Source: an uncultured Actinomycetota bacterium (GTDB lineage Bacteria > Actinomycetota > Actinomycetes > Actinomycetales > Cellulomonadaceae). From it: a stretch of 64,000 bases of DNA. The stretch is from contig CAVRUY010000003.1 in assembly GCA_963724505.1 (NCBI GenBank), positions 36,725 to 100,724 on the forward strand, in the 5' to 3' direction. A program made the position numbers and the translations under genes. The notes below the pieces were generated by a model that searched no databases, had not been told where the DNA came from, and was given only the letters and a program-made list of their open reading frames with translations. This document shows, in pieces, positions 11,188 to 21,947 of the stretch; the stretch's first letter is position 1; each line of letters begins with the position of its first letter.

Positions 11188-12172
11188 CCCCGAGCACGCG
11201 ACCGATCTCCGCCAGCGTCATGTTCTCGTAGTAGTAGAGGACGAGGACGATCTTGTCCCGCTCCCCGAGGCGCTCGATCGCCCGGGCGAGGAGCACCTTC
11301 GTCTCCTGGGACTCGACGTTCCCGGCGGGGTCGACCGCGCCCGGGTCCTCCAAGGTGTCGATCAGCGAGAGGGAGTCCCCACGCTCTCCGCCGGCCCCGA
11401 GCATGTCGTCGAGGGCTGCGACGTTCACCGTGGAGAGCTGGGTGAAGATCGCCCGGAGCTCCTCGACGGGCATGCTCAGGCGCCCCGCGACCTCCTGCTC
11501 CGTCGGCGCGCGCCGTAGCTCGGCCTCGAGCTCGGCGAACGCGCGGTCGACCGCACGTGCCTTGGTCCGCACCGAGCGCGGCACCCAGTCGATCGCCCGC
11601 AGCTCGTCGATGATGGCGCCGCGGATGCGCGAGCTCGCGTAGGTCTCGAACTTCACGGCCCGGTCGAGCTCGAACTTCTCGATCGCGTCGATCAGGCCGA
11701 ACATCCCGTAGGACACCAGGTCCGACTGCTCGACCGACGAGGGCAGGCCCGCCCCGACCCTGCTCGCCACCATGTTCACCAGGGGCGCGTAGTGCAGGAT
11801 CAAGGTCTCGCGGGCCCCGCGGTCCCCGTCCTCCTTGAAGGCGACCCACTGGGCCCGCACCTCGGGAGCCATCGTGGCGGCCGGCACGACGTCGGCCTCC
11901 GGCAGCACCTCCGGGAGCTCGACGGCCGTGGCCCCCGCGAGGGTCACGTCGGGACCCTCGTCGAGGAGGTCGACGACGTCGTCGTCGGCTGGGGTGTCAT
12001 CGGGCACGGCAAGATCGTCCCAGACCTCGACGTCGGCGTCGTCGGCGTCTCGCGGAATGCGCACTCCGGCGTCGTCGGGGGCTCGGAGCAGCCCGCGCTC
12101 CGGCGGCGCACCGCCGGGAGCCGCCGGCGGCGCCGGCCGTTCGGGAAGGCCGCCTCGGGCCGCGGTCGACAT
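11105..12172 (-). CDS. whiG: FliA/WhiG family RNA polymerase sigma factor
   Basis: [66 protein letters not shown]; start uncertain (long acidic N-terminus). Confidence 0.92.
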   Translation of the reverse strand: MSTAARGGLPERPAPPAAPGGAPPERGLLRAPDDAGVRIPRDADDADVEVWDDLAVPDDTPADDDVVDLLDEGPDVTLAGATAVELPEVLPEADVVPAATMAPEVRAQWVAFKEDGDRGARETLILHYAPLVNMVASRVGAGLPSSVEQSDLVSYGMFGLIDAIEKFELDRAVKFETYASSRIRGAIIDELRAIDWVPRSVRTKARAVDRAFAELEAELRRAPTEQEVAGRLSMPVEELRAIFTQLSTVNVAALDDMLGAGGERGDSLSLIDTLEDPGAVDPAGNVESQETKVLLARAIERLGERDKIVLVLYYYENMTLAEIGRVLGVTESRISQMHTAAMLRLRTFLQEGERD

Positions 12173-12185
12173 CGTTGATCCCGTC

Positions 12186-13097
12186 TCAGGCTCGGGGATG
12201 GGCTTGGAGGTAGGCGGTGCGCAGGCGATCCGCCGTGACGTGCGTGTACCGCTGGGTCGTGGCAAGACTGGCGTGGCCGAGGATCTCCTGGACGCTGCGC
12301 AGGTCGGAGCCGCCGTGCACGAGGTGCGTGGCGGCGGTGTGCCGCAGGCCGTGCGGGGCGAGATCCTCCACCCCGGCCCGGGCCGCTGCCCGGTGCACGG
12401 CAGCGCGGATCTGACGCTGGTCGACCCGGCCGCCGCGGCTGCCGAGCAGGAGGGCCGAGCCCGAGTGCGCCGTCGCCAGGGCGGGACGCCCGCGCTCGAG
12501 CCAGGCGTCCACCGCGCGCGCCGCCGGCAGCCCGAAGGGCACGACCCGTTCCTTGGCCCCCTTGCCGAGCAGCCGGACCAGGCGCGTGCCCCGGTCGACG
12601 TCGTCGACGTCGAGGCCCACGAGCTCGGCCACCCGGGCGCCGGTCGCGTACAGCAGCTCGATCGATGCCCAGTCCCGCAGGGCGATCGGGTCGCCCTCCT
12701 GCGCCGCGTCCCGGGCCGTCTCGACGAGCGTCGTCGCCTGCTCGAGCCCGAGCGCCGTCGGCAGGGTCGAGCCGGGCTGTGCGGTGACGAGCCGCAGGGC
12801 CGGGTCGCTCGGGACGAGGCGCTCCGCGGCCGCCCAGGCGTAGAAGGCGCGGACCGCCGCGCCGCGCCGCGCGAGGGTGGCGCGGGCCAGCCGCGCGGCG
12901 ACCATGGCGGCGAGCCAGGCCCGCAGGACGGTGAGGTCGACGTCGTCCCAGCGCCGGCCGCGCCGGCGAGCGAACGCGAGCAGGTGCCGGACGTCGCCGC
13001 AGTAGGCCCGCACGGTGTGCGGCGAGAGACCGCGAGCGGCGGTCAGGTGCAGCGCGAAGTCGGCCACGACCTCGGCGGTCGTGACGTCGTCATCCAC
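12186..13097 (-). CDS. xerC: Tyrosine recombinase XerC
   Basis: Catalytic residues [30 protein letters not shown]; core position after dprA; start may extend to 13127. Confidence 0.92.
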   Translation of the reverse strand: MDDDVTTAEVVADFALHLTAARGLSPHTVRAYCGDVRHLLAFARRRGRRWDDVDLTVLRAWLAAMVAARLARATLARRGAAVRAFYAWAAAERLVPSDPALRLVTAQPGSTLPTALGLEQATTLVETARDAAQEGDPIALRDWASIELLYATGARVAELVGLDVDDVDRGTRLVRLLGKGAKERVVPFGLPAARAVDAWLERGRPALATAHSGSALLLGSRGGRVDQRQIRAAVHRAAARAGVEDLAPHGLRHTAATHLVHGGSDLRSVQEILGHASLATTQRYTHVTADRLRTAYLQAHPRA

Positions 13098-13174
13098 GGC
13101 ACGTACCGCAGCGTGATCCACGGGCACTACCGTGCCCTGTCACAGCACAGGTCACAAGGCGAACGACCTCGTTC

Positions 13175-14413
13175 TCACCCGCTGCCGTGCGTCGCCTCCG
13201 CGACGGGTTGCTGCGTCCCCGCACGTGCCCGGCCCCCTGTCTGCTGGTCCACTCGCGTCCAGCGCCCGCTCTCCTGGCGGGCACCTCCGGCGATCTCGAG
13301 CGTACCCAGGTGCGCGCGGACCACGGCGAGAGGGAGGCCCGCCGGGCGTGTCAGGTGCTCCGGCAGCACGCCGACCCGGACCGGCAGGGCCTCGAGCACG
13401 CGCCGCGCCTCGGCGTCGAGGACCGGACCGCACTCCTCGGGCCTCCCGGCCGGCCCGGCACCGTCCAGGGGCCCGACGAGCTCGAGGACCTCCTCGACGT
13501 CGGTCACGCAGATCGCGTGGCCCTCCCGCAGCAGGCGGTGGCAGCCGGCCGAGGTGGCCGAGGTGACCGGGCCCGGCACCGCGCCGACGGGCCGCAGCAG
13601 GCCAGCGGCATGAGCAGCGGTGCTCAGGGCGCCCGAGCGCCACGCCGCCTCGACGACGACCGTCGCACCGGACAGCGCCGCGATCAGCCGGTTGCGGAGC
13701 AGGAAGCGGGAGCGGGTCGGCGCCGAGCCGGGCGGGACCTCGGCGACGAGCGCACCGGCCTCGGCGACGGCTGCCAGGAGGCGGGCGTTGCCCACCGGGT
13801 AGGGCCGGTCCAGGCCACCGGCGAGCACCGCGACCGTCCGGCCGGACGCCGCCAGTGCTGCCCGGTGCGCTGCTGCGTCGATCCCGAAGGCGCCGCCGGA
13901 GACGACGGTGCGCCCCGCGTCGGCGAGGCCCCCGGCCAGCAGGGAGGTGACGTGCTCGCCGTACGCGCTGGCGGCCCGCGCCCCGATGACGGCCACACCG
14001 GACCGCGTGAGGTCGGCCAGGTCCCGGGTCCCGACGACCCAGAGGCACATCGGAGCGGTGACGCCGAGGTCGTCCGCGCCGGCCGGCCAGCCGGGGTCGC
14101 CGGGGACGAGCACCGTCCCCCCGAGGGCGCCGAGGTGGTCAAGGTCCCGGCCCGGCCCGGCGGGGTCCAGCCGTACGGACCACGCCGCGACCGCACGACC
14201 CAGGCGCTGCACCGCCGCCGGTGAGAGACCGCCGACGGGCGCCGCCGGTCCACCCTCGTGCTGCGCCGCGCCGCGCAGCCAGGCCCAGGCCTCCACCGCA
14301 CCCAGCGCGCCGACCACGGCCGCCGCGACAGGGTCGCCCGGCTCGGCGACCCTGCTCCAGCCGGCCCGCGCGAGGCGCTCGTCGTCCCCGGCCGGGCGGC
14401 TCGGCCCGTTCAC
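13175..14413 (-). CDS. dprA: DNA-processing protein DprA
   Basis: [52 protein letters not shown]; GTGA overlap with comM stop. Confidence 0.95.
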   Translation of the reverse strand: MNGPSRPAGDDERLARAGWSRVAEPGDPVAAAVVGALGAVEAWAWLRGAAQHEGGPAAPVGGLSPAAVQRLGRAVAAWSVRLDPAGPGRDLDHLGALGGTVLVPGDPGWPAGADDLGVTAPMCLWVVGTRDLADLTRSGVAVIGARAASAYGEHVTSLLAGGLADAGRTVVSGGAFGIDAAAHRAALAASGRTVAVLAGGLDRPYPVGNARLLAAVAEAGALVAEVPPGSAPTRSRFLLRNRLIAALSGATVVVEAAWRSGALSTAAHAAGLLRPVGAVPGPVTSATSAGCHRLLREGHAICVTDVEEVLELVGPLDGAGPAGRPEECGPVLDAEARRVLEALPVRVGVLPEHLTRPAGLPLAVVRAHLGTLEIAGGARQESGRWTRVDQQTGGRARAGTQQPVAEATHGSG

Positions 14414-15933
14414 CGGACCCCCGCCGATCGGGTCCGCAGCAGGAGCGCCTGGCCGATCTGGGTGGGCGTGGGACGCGGCGCCCCGGCCAGGTCGGCCAGC
14501 GTCCACGCGACCCGCAGCACCCGGTCGGCACCTCGCAGGCTGAGCGCGCCACGATCGACGGCGCTCTCCAGCTGGGCCGCCCCCGGCACGCCCCGCGCCC
14601 GCAGGGTCGCGCCCGGGATCTCTGCGTTGGTGCGCCACGGCGTGCCCGTCCAGCGCAGCGCTGCCCGGTCCCGTGCCTCGGCCACCCGCGCGGCAACCGT
14701 CGTGCTCGACTCCCCCGGCCCGCCTGCCCGGTCGGCACGGGTGGTCGGCAGGACCTCGACCTGGAGGTCGACCCGGTCGAGGAGCGGGCCCGAGAGCCGC
14801 GAGAAGTAGCGGCGCCGGGCGAGCGGGGTGCAGGTGCAGTCCAGGGCCTTGCCCCAGCCCCGCCCGCACGGGCACGGGTTCGCCGCCAGCACGAGCTGGA
14901 ACCGCGCGGGGTAGCGCGCGCTGCCCGCCGCCCGGTGCAGGACCAGCTCGCCCCGTTCGAGGGGTTGGCGCAGGGTCTGCAGGACTGCCGGGGAGAACTC
15001 CGGCGCCTCGTCCATGAAGAGCACCCCCCGGTGGGCCCGGGAGGCCGCACCGGGTCGCGGCATGCCCGACCCGCCGCCGACCACGGACGCCGGCGTCGCG
15101 GTGTGGTGCGGATCCTCGAACGGGGGACGGCGCACGAGACCGCTGCCGGGGTCGAAGGTGCCCGCCACGGAGTGGATCGCGGTGACCTCGACGGCGTCGC
15201 GGTCGTCGAGGTCGGGCAGCAGGGCCGGCAGGCGTGCCGCGAGCATCGTCTTGCCGGTGCCCGGCGGGCCGACCAGGAAGAGGTGGTGGCCGCCCGCGGC
15301 AGCGACCTCCAGCGCCCAGCGGGCCTGCTGCTGACCGAGCACGTCGGCGAGGTCCGGCGCCGGGACGGGGGCCGGCGCGACGACGGGGGGCGCCTCCGGC
15401 ACCGTCGGTACCGCGACGTCGGCGCCGTAGCCGGCGAGCACCTCGGCCAGGCAGGTCGCGCCCCGCACCACCGCGCCGGGCACCAGTCGTGCCTCGGCCG
15501 CGTTGGCAGCGGGCACGACCACCCGGGGATGACCGGCGGCCACGGCCGCGACCACGGCGGGGAGCACACCGCGGACCGGGTGCAGCCGCCCGTCGAGCCC
15601 GAGCTCACCGAGGTGCACGACGTCGGCGACCGCGGTCGCGGCCACCACCCCCGCCCCGGCGAGGGTGGCGATCGCGATCGCCAGGTCGAAGGCCGAGCCG
15701 GACTTCGGCAGGCTGGCCGGCGAGAGGTTGACCGTGATCCGCCGCTGCGGCCAGGCGAGGCCGGTCGAGTGGATCGCGGCCCGCACCCGGTCGCGCGCCT
15801 CGGCGAGCGAGGCGTCGGGCAGCCCGACGAGCGCGAAGCTCGGTACGGAGGCGGCGAGGTGGGCCTCCACCTCGGTGAGGTGACCGGTCAGCCCGATGAG
15901 CGAGACGCACCGGGTGCGGCCCAGGCCGGTCAC
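14410..15933 (-). CDS. comM: YifB/ComM family AAA+ ATPase
   Basis: ITVNLSPASLPKSGSAFDL, GPPGTGKT, PFEDPHH, LFMDEAPEF, AANPCPCG, SGPLLDRVD. Confidence 0.95.
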   Translation of the reverse strand: MTGLGRTRCVSLIGLTGHLTEVEAHLAASVPSFALVGLPDASLAEARDRVRAAIHSTGLAWPQRRITVNLSPASLPKSGSAFDLAIAIATLAGAGVVAATAVADVVHLGELGLDGRLHPVRGVLPAVVAAVAAGHPRVVVPAANAAEARLVPGAVVRGATCLAEVLAGYGADVAVPTVPEAPPVVAPAPVPAPDLADVLGQQQARWALEVAAAGGHHLFLVGPPGTGKTMLAARLPALLPDLDDRDAVEVTAIHSVAGTFDPGSGLVRRPPFEDPHHTATPASVVGGGSGMPRPGAASRAHRGVLFMDEAPEFSPAVLQTLRQPLERGELVLHRAAGSARYPARFQLVLAANPCPCGRGWGKALDCTCTPLARRRYFSRLSGPLLDRVDLQVEVLPTTRADRAGGPGESSTTVAARVAEARDRAALRWTGTPWRTNAEIPGATLRARGVPGAAQLESAVDRGALSLRGADRVLRVAWTLADLAGAPRPTPTQIGQALLLRTRSAGVR

Positions 15934-15961
15934 CGGGTGCCGCCCGGGCCGCAGCGCCGCG

Positions 15962-16318
15962 TCACGAGACCCCCCTCAGATGCTCCACCCGCGCCGCACC
16001 CGCCGGCGCCGTCCGCACAGCGACGACGTCGATGCGGACGCTGCGGGGGTGCAGGTCGTGCTCCGCCAGCCACTGCCCCGTCAGCCGCCTCAGCCGCGCG
16101 AGCTTGACCGCGGTGACCGCCTCGGCCGGATGGCCGAACCCGTCGCCCGACCGCGTCTTGACCTCGACGACCACGAGGACGGCGCCGTCCAGCGCGACGA
16201 TGTCGAGCTCCCCGCCCGTCCCGCGCCAGTTGCGGTCGAGCACCTGCCAGCCCGCGGCGGACAGGTGCGCGGCGGCGACGTTCTCCCCGTAGCGCCCGAC
16301 GGCGTCCTTGGCCCTCAT
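15962..16318 (-). CDS. yraN: YraN family (UPF0102) nuclease-like protein
   Basis: GRYGENVAAAHL, DRNWR, GELDIVA, VEVKTR, RIDVVAV. Confidence 0.93.
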   Translation of the reverse strand: MRAKDAVGRYGENVAAAHLSAAGWQVLDRNWRGTGGELDIVALDGAVLVVVEVKTRSGDGFGHPAEAVTAVKLARLRRLTGQWLAEHDLHPRSVRIDVVAVRTAPAGAARVEHLRGVS

Positions 16319-16420
16319 GCGACCACCTCCGCCGACCACGGTCGGGCACGCGGCCGTGGAGCGCCGCGGGGGTGCCCGACTCCTGGGGACGGCCGGACGC
16401 GCCGGCGCGTGGGGACGGGC

Positions 16421-16546
16421 AGCGCCGCGAGGCGGAGCGCGGACCGGCCGTGGGCCGAGAGGCGGGGCGCCGTCAGTCCCTGGGCCGAGAGGCGGAGCGC
16501 CGTCAGTCCGTGGGCACGAGGCGGGGCGCCGTCAATCCGTGGGCCG
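16421..16546. repeat. Intergenic ~30-bp tandem repeat (about 4 copies)
   Basis: TGGGCCGAGAGGCGGGGCGCCGTCAGTCCC (16451-16480), near-identical copy 16481-16510, 29-bp copy 16511-16539, degenerate copy 16421-16450; no spacers. Confidence 0.85.
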
Positions 16547-16587
16547 CCGGGTCGCTCGCCGCCGAGCCCTGCCCCGTGCTCCGGCCG

Positions 16588-17001
16588 TCAGACGACCCAG
16601 GTCGAGGTCATCCCGGTCACGGCGGAACCGTCGACGTCCGCCAGCTTGGTCGCGACGTCGGGGGTCGGCCGGATCTGCTCCAGGCTCACGTTCTCCACGG
16701 TGCCGAGCGAGGCGGCCCCGGCGTTGTTGACGACGGCGTCCAGGCCGCCGTGCCGGTCCGCGGCCTCGGCGACCACGCGCTCGACGGCCTGCGGGTCGGT
16801 GACGTCGAGGGCGACGACGTCGAGAGTGACGCCCGCGGCCGCGGCGGCCTCGAGCAGCGCGGTGGCGCGGGCCGGGTCACGCAGGGTCGCCACGACGTCC
16901 CGGCCGGCAGCGGCGAGCGCGACGGCGGCGGCCAGGCCGATCCCGGACGAGGTACCGGTGATCAGCACGGTGGGTGCGGTCGGGGCGCTCTCGGCGGCCA
17001 T
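16588..17001 (-). pseudogene. Short-chain dehydrogenase remnant with internal in-frame deletion
   Basis: TGTSSGIG, LDVTD and NNAG present, but only 137 aa with no S/YxxxK catalytic segment; runs straight into a C-terminus-like KLADVDGSAVTGMTSTWVV. Confidence 0.75.
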
Positions 17002-17054
17002 CGGATCAAGCTCTTCGGACGGTAGGTGCCGGAGTCGGCGGGTCGTGCGGTCGG

Positions 17055-17378
17055 TCAGCGGCGGAACTGGCCGCCGTCGGGCACGTCGAGGTCCGCCTTG
17101 GCGAGCTCCTCGACGTTGACGTCCTTGAAGGTCACCACCCGGACGGCCCGGACGAAGCGGGCCGAGCGGTAGACGTCCCAGACCCAGGCGTCCCCCAGGG
17201 TGAGCTCGAAGTACACCTCGCCGGCGGCCGAACGGACCTGCAGGTCCACCTGGTTGGCTAGGTAGAAGCGGCGCTCGGTCTCGACCACGTAGGCGAAGAG
17301 GTTCACCACGTCCCGGTACTCGCGGTAGAGCGCGAGCTCCATCTCGGTCTCGTAGTTCTCCAGGTCCTCAGCGCTCAC
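17055..17378 (-). CDS. DUF2469 family protein
   Basis: [25 protein letters not shown]...[13 protein letters not shown]...DAWVWDVYR conserved actinobacterial protein after rnhB. Confidence 0.92.
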   Translation of the reverse strand: MSAEDLENYETEMELALYREYRDVVNLFAYVVETERRFYLANQVDLQVRSAAGEVYFELTLGDAWVWDVYRSARFVRAVRVVTFKDVNVEELAKADLDVPDGGQFRR

Positions 17379-18112
17379 CGGTCCATCATGGACCATTCCG
17401 TGAGGCCCGCCGGACCCGCCTCGCCCGTCCGCTCACCGGGCGGCCGGTCGGGCACCGCCACCCCGGGCAGGCGCCAGCTGCGCCGGTGCAGCGCGCTCGG
17501 TCCGAGCGCGGCGAGCGCGGCGAGGTGATCGGGCGCGCCGTAGCCCTTGTTCCCGGCCCAGCCGTACCCGGGCAGCTCCTCGTCGTGCGCGACCATCAGC
17601 CCGTCGCGTTCGCACTTGGCCAGGACGCTGGCCGCGGCCACCGACGAGCAGCGCTGGTCGGCGCGCACCAGGGTGTGCACCCGAGGACCGCCCTCGGCGA
17701 CGTCCTGGTCGAAGAGCGTGCCGACCTGGCTGAGCCAGTCGTGCGAGCCGTCGAGGAGCACGACGTCGACCTCGACCGCCAGCTGGGCCAGGGCCCGCCG
17801 GCCGGCCAGCCGCAGGGCGGCCACGATGCCGTGCTCGTCGATCTCGGCCGCCGAGGAGTGCCCGACGGCGCGCCCGACCCCCCACCGGCCGATCGCCGGC
17901 AGCATTGCCCGGCGCGCGGCGGGCCGGAGCAGCTTGGAGTCGGCCACCCCCGGCGGGCAGGCCCGGGTGTGCACGTCGACGGCGACCGCTCCGACCGAGA
18001 CGGGCCCGGCCAGGGCTCCCCGGCCGACCTCGTCCATGCCCACGACGACGCGCGCGCCGGCGCGCAGCAGGGAGCGCTCGACCCGGAGGTCGGGCCTGCG
18101 CACGGGGCTCAC
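17375..18112 (-). CDS. rnhB: Ribonuclease HII
   Basis: [37 protein letters not shown]. Confidence 0.95.
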   Translation of the reverse strand: MSPVRRPDLRVERSLLRAGARVVVGMDEVGRGALAGPVSVGAVAVDVHTRACPPGVADSKLLRPAARRAMLPAIGRWGVGRAVGHSSAAEIDEHGIVAALRLAGRRALAQLAVEVDVVLLDGSHDWLSQVGTLFDQDVAEGGPRVHTLVRADQRCSSVAAASVLAKCERDGLMVAHDEELPGYGWAGNKGYGAPDHLAALAALGPSALHRRSWRLPGVAVPDRPPGERTGEAGPAGLTEWSMMDR

Positions 18113-18831
18113 GGACCGGCGGCCGGCACGTCCGCGAAGGTGGCGCCGGGGTTGCGGAGCACGGTCGTCCGGTCCAGCGGCCAGACGGTGACGAACGCGA
18201 CGCCGACGACGTCGACCAGCGGGACGCTGCCGCCGCCCGGGTTGCCCTGGTGGTAGCGGGAGTCCTCGGAGTTCTGCCGGTTGTCGCCCATCACCCACAC
18301 CGAGCCGCCCGGCACGACCACCGAGAAGTCGATCTCGCTGGGGATCGACCCCTGCGCCACGTACGGCTCGTCGACGGCCACGCCGTTGACCAGGAGCCTG
18401 CCCTGCTCGTCGCAGCACTCGACGCGGTCCCCGGCGACGCCGATCACCCGCTTGATGAGGTGCTCGCCGGAGTCCTGGGGCAGCAGTCCGATGAACGTGA
18501 GCACCGACGTGACCGCCCGCTGCGGTCCGGTCTGCTGCGCCGGCGCGGGCGTGCTGAGCCAGCCCCCCGGGTCCTTGAAGACGACGATGTCCCCGCGGTG
18601 CACCGCGAAGGGGCCCGGCGCGAGCTTGGTGACCATCACCCGGTCACCGACGAGCAGGGTGATCTCCATCGAGCCGCTCGGGATGTAGAACGCCTGGGCG
18701 AAGAAGGTCTTGATCACCAGGGAGAGCACGATCGCGCTGACGACGATGATGCCCGTCTCCCGCAGGACGGCGCTCCACCCGCTGCTCGACCGCGCCGCGG
18801 GCTCGGCGACGTGGCGGCGCGTGGAGGTCAC
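18109..18831 (-). CDS. lepB: Signal peptidase I
   Basis: N-terminal TM, IPSGSM (Ser), LIKRVIG (Lys), [12 protein letters not shown]. Confidence 0.96.
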   Translation of the reverse strand: MTSTRRHVAEPAARSSSGWSAVLRETGIIVVSAIVLSLVIKTFFAQAFYIPSGSMEITLLVGDRVMVTKLAPGPFAVHRGDIVVFKDPGGWLSTPAPAQQTGPQRAVTSVLTFIGLLPQDSGEHLIKRVIGVAGDRVECCDEQGRLLVNGVAVDEPYVAQGSIPSEIDFSVVVPGGSVWVMGDNRQNSEDSRYHQGNPGGGSVPLVDVVGVAFVTVWPLDRTTVLRNPGATFADVPAAGP

Positions 18832-18892
18832 GCGGACACTCTGCCATGCCCGGCCGGGTGCCGAGCGCCCCGGCCGGACCGCGAGGACGCCG

Positions 18893-18923
18893 ACGGGCGG
18901 CCACCCGGAGGATGGCCGCCCGT
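18893..18923. terminator. Hairpin downstream of rplS
   Basis: ACGGGCGGCCA-N9-TGGCCGCCCGT inverted repeat. Confidence 0.55.
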
Positions 18924-18959
18924 GCGGCGGGGCGTCCGGCGGGACGCGCGCGGGGTCGC

Positions 18960-19319
18960 TCAGCGCGCGACCGGGGTGTCGCGCTTCTCCTTGATCTTCG
19001 CCTTCTTGCCGCGCAGCTTGCGCAGGTAGTAGAGCTTCGCGCGCCGGACGTCACCGCGGGTGACGACCTCGATCGACTCGAGCGTGGGCGAGTGCACCGG
19101 GAAGGTGCGCTCGACGCCGACGCCGAAGCTGATCTTGCGAACGGTGAAGGTCTCGCGGATGCCGCCGCCGGAGCGACGGATGACCACGCCCTGGAAGGCC
19201 TGGACCCGGGAGCGGGTGCCCTCGACGACCTTGACGTTCACCTTGAGGGTGTCGCCGGGCCGGAAGGCGGGGATGTCGTCGCGCAGCGAGGCCGCGTCGA
19301 CGGAGTCGAGGATGTGCAT
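18960..19319 (-). CDS. rplS: 50S ribosomal protein L19
   Basis: [50 protein letters not shown]. Confidence 0.98.
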   Translation of the reverse strand: MHILDSVDAASLRDDIPAFRPGDTLKVNVKVVEGTRSRVQAFQGVVIRRSGGGIRETFTVRKISFGVGVERTFPVHSPTLESIEVVTRGDVRRAKLYYLRKLRGKKAKIKEKRDTPVAR

Positions 19320-19570
19320 GTCTCTCCTTCGTCCTGCACACAGGTCAAGACGTCATCGGGCGCGCCGCGAACGGGCGCCGGTCGGTCGTGAGGTCGGGTG
19401 GCGTCCTGCGGCCGTGATCCGTCTCCCCTGTGGCAGAGACGCAGCCGACGCACACCGACCGACCAGTCTGCCACAACCCGTGGGCCGCCCGCGACGCCGG
19501 CCATCGGACCGGCACGCGGGCCCGCCGCTCCGTCCGGGGCGCCGCCGTCCGCTCGCGGGGCGCGAGCGGG

Positions 19571-20344
19571 CTATCCGGCGTCCGGGACCTCGCCGCGCAC
19601 GCGATCGAGCAGGTCCCGGTCGGCGCGGTCGAGCGACCCCGGGTCGAGCGCGCCGAGAAGGTCGGGCCGGCGCAGCGCCGTGCGGGTCAGCGCCTGGTCG
19701 CGACGCCAGCGCGCGATCCTCGCGTGGTGACCCGAGAGCAGGACCTCGGGCACCTCGAGCCCGCGCCACTGCGGCGGCCGGGTGTACACGGGGTACTCCA
19801 GGAGGCCGGCCGCGCCGTGGGACTCCTCCACGAGGGACTCGGGGTTGCCGACGACACCGGGAAGCAGGCGCCCCACGGCCTCGACGACGACGAGCGCGGC
19901 GACCTCTCCCCCGTTGAGCACGTAGTCCCCCAGCGAGAGCTCGGTCACGGCCACCCCGCGCGCGCGGTAGTGCTCGGCCACCCGCGCGTCGATGCCCTCG
20001 TAGCGGCCGCAGGCGATGACCAGGTGCTCGCGCTCGGTCAGGCGCTCGGCGGTGCGCTGGGTGAAGACCTCTCCCGAGGGCGTGGGGACCAGGAGCTCGA
20101 CCTCGTCCGGATCCGTGCCGGCGAGGATCTCGTCCAGGGCGAGGCCCCAGACGTCCGGCCGCATGACCATGCCGGCTCCCCCTCCCAGCGGGGAGTCGTC
20201 GACGGTGTGGTGCCGGTCGGTGGCCCAGGAGCGCAGGTCGTGCACGCGCAGGTCGAGGATCCCGGACTGGCGCGCCTTTCCGACGAGCGAGAGCTCGAGG
20301 GGTGCGAGGTACTCGGGGAAGATCGAGACGACGTCGACCCGCAC
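19571..20344 (-). CDS. trmD: tRNA (guanine37-N1)-methyltransferase
   Basis: [49 protein letters not shown]. Confidence 0.97.
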   Translation of the reverse strand: MRVDVVSIFPEYLAPLELSLVGKARQSGILDLRVHDLRSWATDRHHTVDDSPLGGGAGMVMRPDVWGLALDEILAGTDPDEVELLVPTPSGEVFTQRTAERLTEREHLVIACGRYEGIDARVAEHYRARGVAVTELSLGDYVLNGGEVAALVVVEAVGRLLPGVVGNPESLVEESHGAAGLLEYPVYTRPPQWRGLEVPEVLLSGHHARIARWRRDQALTRTALRRPDLLGALDPGSLDRADRDLLDRVRGEVPDAG

Positions 20345-20345
20345 G

Positions 20346-20894
20346 TCAGGCCTCGTCGCCGAGGCCGTCGTCGTCGAGCTCGTCGTCGACCTCACCGTCG
20401 GCGGCGAGCAGCCCGAGCGGCGGGTCGATCACGACGCGCCCGCCGGGCACGTCCACGACGGGCACGATGGCGCGGACGAAGGGGATGAGCGTGCGCGCAC
20501 CCTCGGTCTCCCGCACGAGGAGGGCGTCCTGGGCCGGCAGGTGCTCGAGCCCGATCACCTCGCCGACCACGGTGCCGTCGAGTCGCTCGACCCGCAGGCC
20601 CGCGAGCTCGTGGGGGTACCAGGCGTCCTCCTCGTCGGAGGCGTCCTCGACCACCACCAGCTCGAGCCCTCGGAGGGACTCGGCAGCGGTGCGGTCCTCG
20701 TGCCCCTCGAAGACGACGAACCACGTCCCGCTCGCCGCCTGGGTGCGCAGCACCGTCAGGGCTCCCCGGCCCGGCCGGGTCTGCAGGACGGCCCCCGGCA
20801 CGAAACGTCGTTCGGGGGTGTCGGTGCGCACGTCGAGGGCGACCTCGCCGCGCAGCCCGCGCGCGCGGCCGATGGTGGCGACGGTCAGCTCCAT
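20346..20894 (-). CDS. rimM: Ribosome maturation factor RimM
   Basis: [45 protein letters not shown]. Confidence 0.95.
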   Translation of the reverse strand: MELTVATIGRARGLRGEVALDVRTDTPERRFVPGAVLQTRPGRGALTVLRTQAASGTWFVVFEGHEDRTAAESLRGLELVVVEDASDEEDAWYPHELAGLRVERLDGTVVGEVIGLEHLPAQDALLVRETEGARTLIPFVRAIVPVVDVPGGRVVIDPPLGLLAADGEVDDELDDDGLGDEA

Positions 20895-20914
20895 GGATCT
20901 CTCCCTCGGGCACG

Positions 20915-20953
20915 GATCAGGCCCGGACCCAGGGTAGGGGTCCGGGCCTGATC
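20915..20953. terminator. 16-bp perfect hairpin between khpA and rimM
   Basis: GATCAGGCCCGGACCC-N7-GGGTCCGGGCCTGATC. Confidence 0.6.
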
Positions 20954-21021
20954 GACGGTGTGACAACCCGGGAGGGTCCCGGGGCGGACGCGGTGCGGGC
21001 TGGGCCCGCCCGAGCCGAGGC

Positions 21022-21258
21022 TCAGCGGCGGTCGACGTCCACGACGTCGACCCGCACGGAGCCGTCGCCCAGGGCACCGACCACCGTGCGCAGTGCGCGA
21101 GCGGTACGCCCGTTGCGGCCGATCACCCGGCCGAGGTCGTCCGGGTGCACGCGCACCTCGAGGACCTCGCCACGACGCTGGTTGCGCGCGGCGACCTGCA
21201 CGTCGTCCGGGTGGTCGACGATGCCGCGGACCAGGTGCTCGAGCACGTCGGCGAGCAT
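21022..21258 (-). CDS. khpA: KH-domain RNA-binding protein KhpA
   Basis: LEHLVRGIVDHPDDV, DLGRVIGRNGRTARALRTV (GxxG); between rpsP and rimM. Confidence 0.93.
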   Translation of the reverse strand: MLADVLEHLVRGIVDHPDDVQVAARNQRRGEVLEVRVHPDDLGRVIGRNGRTARALRTVVGALGDGSVRVDVVDVDRR

Positions 21259-21722
21259 CAGGCCTCGGCGTCCTCGGTCGCGGCGGGCGCGTCCTCGGCG
21301 GGCGCGGCGGCCTCGGCGGCGGCGGCCTCAGCGGCCTTCGCCTCCGCAGCCTTCGACTCGGCGGCCTTGACCTTGGCCTTCTCGGCGGCGTCCGCGGCGG
21401 CGGCGATCGCGGCCGCGCTGTCGGCGGCGACGGCCTTGGTCCGCAGCGTGCCCTCGGCGCCCGGCAGGCCCTTGAACTTCTGCCAGTCGCCGGTGATCTT
21501 GAGCAGCACGAGCGCCTGCTCGGTCGGCTGCGCGCCGACTCCGAGCCAGTACTGCGCGCGGTCGGAGACGACCTCGATGAGCGAGGGCTCCTCAGTGGGG
21601 TGGTACTTGCCGATCTCCTCGATGACGCGACCGTCCCGCTTGGTGCGGGAGTCGGCGACGACGAGGCGGTAGTACGGCGAGTGGATCTTGCCGAAGCGCT
21701 TCAAGCGGATCTTGACGGCCAC
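21258..21722 (-). CDS. rpsP: 30S ribosomal protein S16 with Ala/Glu-rich tail
   Basis: [44 protein letters not shown]. Confidence 0.98.
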   Translation of the reverse strand: MAVKIRLKRFGKIHSPYYRLVVADSRTKRDGRVIEEIGKYHPTEEPSLIEVVSDRAQYWLGVGAQPTEQALVLLKITGDWQKFKGLPGAEGTLRTKAVAADSAAAIAAAADAAEKAKVKAAESKAAEAKAAEAAAAEAAAPAEDAPAATEDAEA

Positions 21723-21947
21723 AGTGGTGGTCTCTCCTGGTTCTGGCTGGGGTGGTCCCTCTCTCCGACCCGTGGGGCAGGTGGTCGAGGCGACCAAGGA
21801 CGCGACGCGGGCGGGTAGAGGGACCGACCGTGCCGGGTACAGCGGGCCATTGTGCCACGTCCGGCGGGCCTGCGGCGACGACCGTCCCGCGCGAGGCCAC
21901 CGCGCTCGGCACCGCCCGAGGCGCCGCCGGCGCGCGGGGCCGTGGGC

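Noticed and set aside
12186-13127. Tyrosine recombinase as sign of a prophage or integrative element
   Set aside because: Sequence and position after dprA match chromosomal XerC; no att repeats or phage genes.
13175-16318. yraN-comM-dprA as a novel DNA-uptake system
   Set aside because: A well-known conserved cluster at this locus in Actinobacteria.
16421-16546. Possible CRISPR array
   Set aside because: Units are contiguous with no unique spacers and there are no cas genes; it is a simple tandem repeat.
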